Source: Bordetella parapertussis (GTDB lineage: Bacteria; Pseudomonadota; Gammaproteobacteria; Burkholderiales; SG8-41). From it: a stretch of 64,000 nucleotides of DNA. Positions 61,166-64,000 of the stretch are shown here, one piece after another (position 1 is the first letter of the stretch; the number at the start of each line of letters is the position of its first letter). Below the pieces are notes generated by a model that worked only from the letters and a program-made list of their open reading frames with translations, did not search any database and was not told the origin of the DNA. The position numbers and the translations under genes are program-made. The stretch is taken from NCBI GenBank assembly GCA_945906935.1, contig CAMDSO010000002.1:36126-100125 (forward strand), given 5' to 3'.

Positions 61166-61922
61166 ACCAGACAGGCTCAACGGGCTGGCAAATGCATTGT
61201 TTGCCGCGGCGTTTTTGATGGCGGGTTACGTCGCACTGCATTACGCGGTGCGTCTGCCGGTGTTTGAGTTGCGGGAGCTGCGTTTGACGGTCGCCGCGGA
61301 ACGCGTCACGCCGGAACAGATTGAAGCGATCGTTCGCGGCGAGATCGAAGGCAATTTTTTCACTGTTAATTTGCCGCGTCTGCGGACGGCATTCGAACGG
61401 CTGCCATGGGTGCGCAAGGTGGACCTGCGCCGTCAATGGCCGGATCGCCTCGAGGTGTCGCTCGAAGAGCATGTTCCGCTGGCGCGCTGGGGCACCGAGG
61501 CGCTGGTGAACACCCACGGCGAAGTGTTCACCGCCGCGTACGACGGTAAGTTGCTGCATTTTGTCGGTGCGCGCGAGAGCATGAAGGAAATCACGATTCA
61601 ATACGAATTCTTCCGCCGCAACCTCGCCGCGCTCGGACTGGAGCCGGTGCAAATCGGCGTCTCACCGCGTCGCGCCTGGCAGGTGCGTGCCAATAACGGG
61701 TTGACCATAGAACTCGGCCGCGAAAACGTCGAGTCGCGACTGGAACGCTTTGTCGGTGCTTATGCACGCACGATCGGTGCGCTGCAACGGCGGATCAATT
61801 ATGTGGATTTGCGTTATTCAAACGGTTTTGCCGTACGCATCCAGGAGTTGCGCGGCGAGCCGCGTGAAAACGTTCGCGGCACCGCCGCACGCAGTCCAGG
61901 AAAGGCGGAGAAAAAGGGATGA
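61155..61922 (+). CDS. ftsQ: Cell division protein FtsQ
   Basis: MWD start, TM, POTRA (LPWVR, RQWP), YVDLRYSNG. Confidence 0.93.
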   Translation: MWDRPDRLNGLANALFAAAFLMAGYVALHYAVRLPVFELRELRLTVAAERVTPEQIEAIVRGEIEGNFFTVNLPRLRTAFERLPWVRKVDLRRQWPDRLEVSLEEHVPLARWGTEALVNTHGEVFTAAYDGKLLHFVGARESMKEITIQYEFFRRNLAALGLEPVQIGVSPRRAWQVRANNGLTIELGRENVESRLERFVGAYARTIGALQRRINYVDLRYSNGFAVRIQELRGEPRENVRGTAARSPGKAEKKG

Positions 61923-63154
61923 GCAAGGCAAAAGAAGAAAGAGCGCTGATCGTCGCGCTCGATATCGGTACTTCGAAGATCGTTGCCATGGTCGCCGAGG
62001 CGAAAGGTGACGGTTACGAAGTCATCGGCATGGGCACGCATTCTTCGAAGGGACTGAAGAAAGGCGTGGTCGTCAACATTGAGGCGACGGTCAGCGCCAT
62101 TCAGCGCGCCCTGGAAGAGGCCGAGTTGATGGCCGACTGCAAGATCGTCGAGGTTTATACGGGTATCGCCGGCAGTCATATTAAGAGCCTGAATTCGCGC
62201 GGTATGGTGCCGATCAAGGATCGTGAAGTGACCCAGCAGGATGTCGAGCGCGTGATTGAAACAGCGAAGGCGATCCCGATTCCGACCGACCAGCAGGTGC
62301 TGCACATCCTTAATCAGGAGTTCATCGTCGATGGCCAGGGTGATGTGCGCGAACCGCTGGGTATGAGCGGCGTGCGGCTTGAAGTCAATGTGCATATCGT
62401 CACCGGTGCGGTTTCGGCGGCGCAGAACATCATCAAATGCGTGCGCCGTTGCGGACTTGAGGTGCGCGATCTGATCCTGCAGCCGCTGGCATCCGCCACC
62501 GCGGTGTTGTCGGAGGATGAAAAAGAGCTCGGCGTCTGTCTGGTGGATATCGGCGGCGGCACTACCGATATTGCGATTTTTACGCAGGGCGCGATCCGCC
62601 ATACCGGCGTGATTCCGATCGCCGGCGACCAGATCACCAACGATATCGCCATGGCCCTGCGCACGCCGACCAAGGATGCCGAGGATATCAAGCAGCGCTA
62701 CGGCTGTGCCTTGCGCCAGCTGGCCGACCCGCAGCAGATGGTCGAAGTGCCGGGCATTGGCGAGCGCGGCGCCCGCCAGTTGTCGCGACAGATGCTCGCC
62801 GAGGTTATCGAGCCACGTATCGAGGAGTTGTATTCGCTGGTGCAGGCCGAATTACGCCGCTCCGGCTACGAGGATTTGCTCTCCTCCGGCATTGTCATCA
62901 CTGGTGGGTCGAGTTCGATGCAGGGCATGGTCGAGCTGGGCGAGGAAATCTTTCATATGCCGGTGCGCATCGGCCAGCCGCAATACCAAGGGGGGTTGGC
63001 CGAAGTGGTGCGTAATCCGCGGCACGCCACCGCCGTCGGCCTGCTGTTGCTCGGATTGCTGGAGCAACGCCAGCACGCCGTCGCGCAGGCACAGATCAGT
63101 TCTTTCTCCGGCTTGCTGGAGCGCATGAAAAATTGGTTCAAGGGTAATTTTTAG
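61919..63154 (+). CDS. ftsA: Cell division protein FtsA
   Basis: LDIGTSK, GLKKGVVVNIE, VDIGGGTTD, TGG, C-terminal WFKGNF helix. Confidence 0.96.
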   Translation: MSKAKEERALIVALDIGTSKIVAMVAEAKGDGYEVIGMGTHSSKGLKKGVVVNIEATVSAIQRALEEAELMADCKIVEVYTGIAGSHIKSLNSRGMVPIKDREVTQQDVERVIETAKAIPIPTDQQVLHILNQEFIVDGQGDVREPLGMSGVRLEVNVHIVTGAVSAAQNIIKCVRRCGLEVRDLILQPLASATAVLSEDEKELGVCLVDIGGGTTDIAIFTQGAIRHTGVIPIAGDQITNDIAMALRTPTKDAEDIKQRYGCALRQLADPQQMVEVPGIGERGARQLSRQMLAEVIEPRIEELYSLVQAELRRSGYEDLLSSGIVITGGSSSMQGMVELGEEIFHMPVRIGQPQYQGGLAEVVRNPRHATAVGLLLLGLLEQRQHAVAQAQISSFSGLLERMKNWFKGNF

Positions 63155-63189
63155 GTTTTGGTCGCGTAGCCCAGTGGGGCACGGCCAGA

Positions 63190-63218
63190 TTGATTAATCG
63201 CAGTTTTATTTTTAATTT
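63190..63218 (+). promoter_or_regulatory. Possible internal promoter for ftsZ
   Basis: TTGATT, 17 nt, TAATTT in an AT-rich 82-nt gap. Confidence 0.35.
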
Positions 63219-63236
63219 CAGTCACGGGAGGCAACG

Positions 63237-64000
63237 ATGTTTGAAATCATGGAAGTTCCGTCGCAGGATGCAGTCATCAAGGTCATTGGGGTCGGCGGTT
63301 GCGGAGGCAATGCGGTTGATCACATGATTGCCAACGGCGTCAAAGGCGTCGAGTTTGTGTGCGCCAATACCGATGTGCAGGCGTTGCGGCGGACGCAGGC
63401 GCGCATACAGTTGCAGCTGGGGACAAATATTACGAAGGGCCTCGGCGCCGGTGCGAATCCCGAAATGGGACGCCAGGCGGCGCTCGAAGACCGCGATCGT
63501 ATTATCGAATTGATCTCCGGCACCGATATGTTGTTCGTAACCGCAGGTATGGGTGGCGGCACCGGCACGGGGGCCGCACCGGTGGTGGCTGAAATTGCCC
63601 GCGAACTCGGTATCCTGACGGTCGCGGTGGTGACCAAGCCGTTTGCTTTTGAAGGCAAACGCCAGCGCATCGCCATGGAGGGCATGGAGGCACTGGCGCA
63701 GCATGTGAATTCCCTGATTGTGATCCCCAACGACAAGCTGATGCAGGTGCTGGGCAACCAGATTACCCTCGATGAAGCCTTTCGCGCCGCCAACGACGTG
63801 TTGCACGGCGCGGTGGCCGGGATTGCCGAGATCATCTCCTGCCCGGGCATGATCAACGTCGACTTTGCCGACGTGAAGACGGTGATGTCGGAAACCGGCA
63901 TGGCGATGATGGGTTCGGCTAAAGCCGCCGGCACCGACCGCGCGCGCCTCGCTGCAGAGCAGGCCGTGGCCTGTCCGCTGCTCGAAGACATCGATATCGC
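63237..64000 (+). CDS. ftsZ: Cell division protein FtsZ (3' end beyond the window)
   Basis: Translated manually: GGAGG SD, ATG 63237, IKVIGVGGCGGNAV, NTD, AGMGGGTGTG, IPND, INVDFAD. Confidence 0.96.
   Translation, partial: MFEIMEVPSQDAVIKVIGVGGCGGNAVDHMIANGVKGVEFVCANTDVQALRRTQARIQLQLGTNITKGLGAGANPEMGRQAALEDRDRIIELISGTDMLFVTAGMGGGTGTGAAPVVAEIARELGILTVAVVTKPFAFEGKRQRIAMEGMEALAQHVNSLIVIPNDKLMQVLGNQITLDEAFRAANDVLHGAVAGIAEIISCPGMINVDFADVKTVMSETGMAMMGSAKAAGTDRARLAAEQAVACPLLEDIDI

Overview
A 64 kb, GC-rich chromosomal segment. GlnS, dcw gene order, the birA-coaX-SPOR-rfaE block and many Bug/TctC genes indicate a betaproteobacterium. Left part (1-9.1 kb): REP-like palindromes, a chalcone-isomerase-like protein, two type II toxin-antitoxin pairs (HigBA, RelE/ParE-RHH), a secreted hydrolase, selO, ettA, an FKBP and an orphan CxxC/CxxC zinc-ribbon protein. 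Middle part (9-37 kb): accessory uptake and catabolism genes, with six intact Bug/TctC binding proteins plus one pseudogene, an amidase, a DUF748 protein, a GMC oxidoreductase, a Ca/H antiporter, an unknown lipoprotein, two ketopantoate-reductase-like paralogues, cupin, CMD, Pcp, a NicC-like flavin monooxygenase, an alpha/beta hydrolase, pirin, glnS and pepE. Right part (37-64 kb): core genes birA, coaX, SPOR, rfaE domain II, BON, gmhA, yraN, rsmI, pyrC, RNase P RNA and tartrate dehydrogenase, then the dcw cluster from mraZ to a truncated ftsZ. No CRISPR, tRNA, rRNA, transposase or integrase was seen. The best candidates for something new are two 25-codon mini-ORFs of identical geometry filling the only two intergenic gaps over a few nt between mraZ and ftsA, the orphan MqsA-like zinc ribbon, a small helical protein with a Gly/Gln/Arg disordered tail, and a structured leader upstream of pepE. 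All family assignments come from motif recognition and recalled sequences; no database searches were run.
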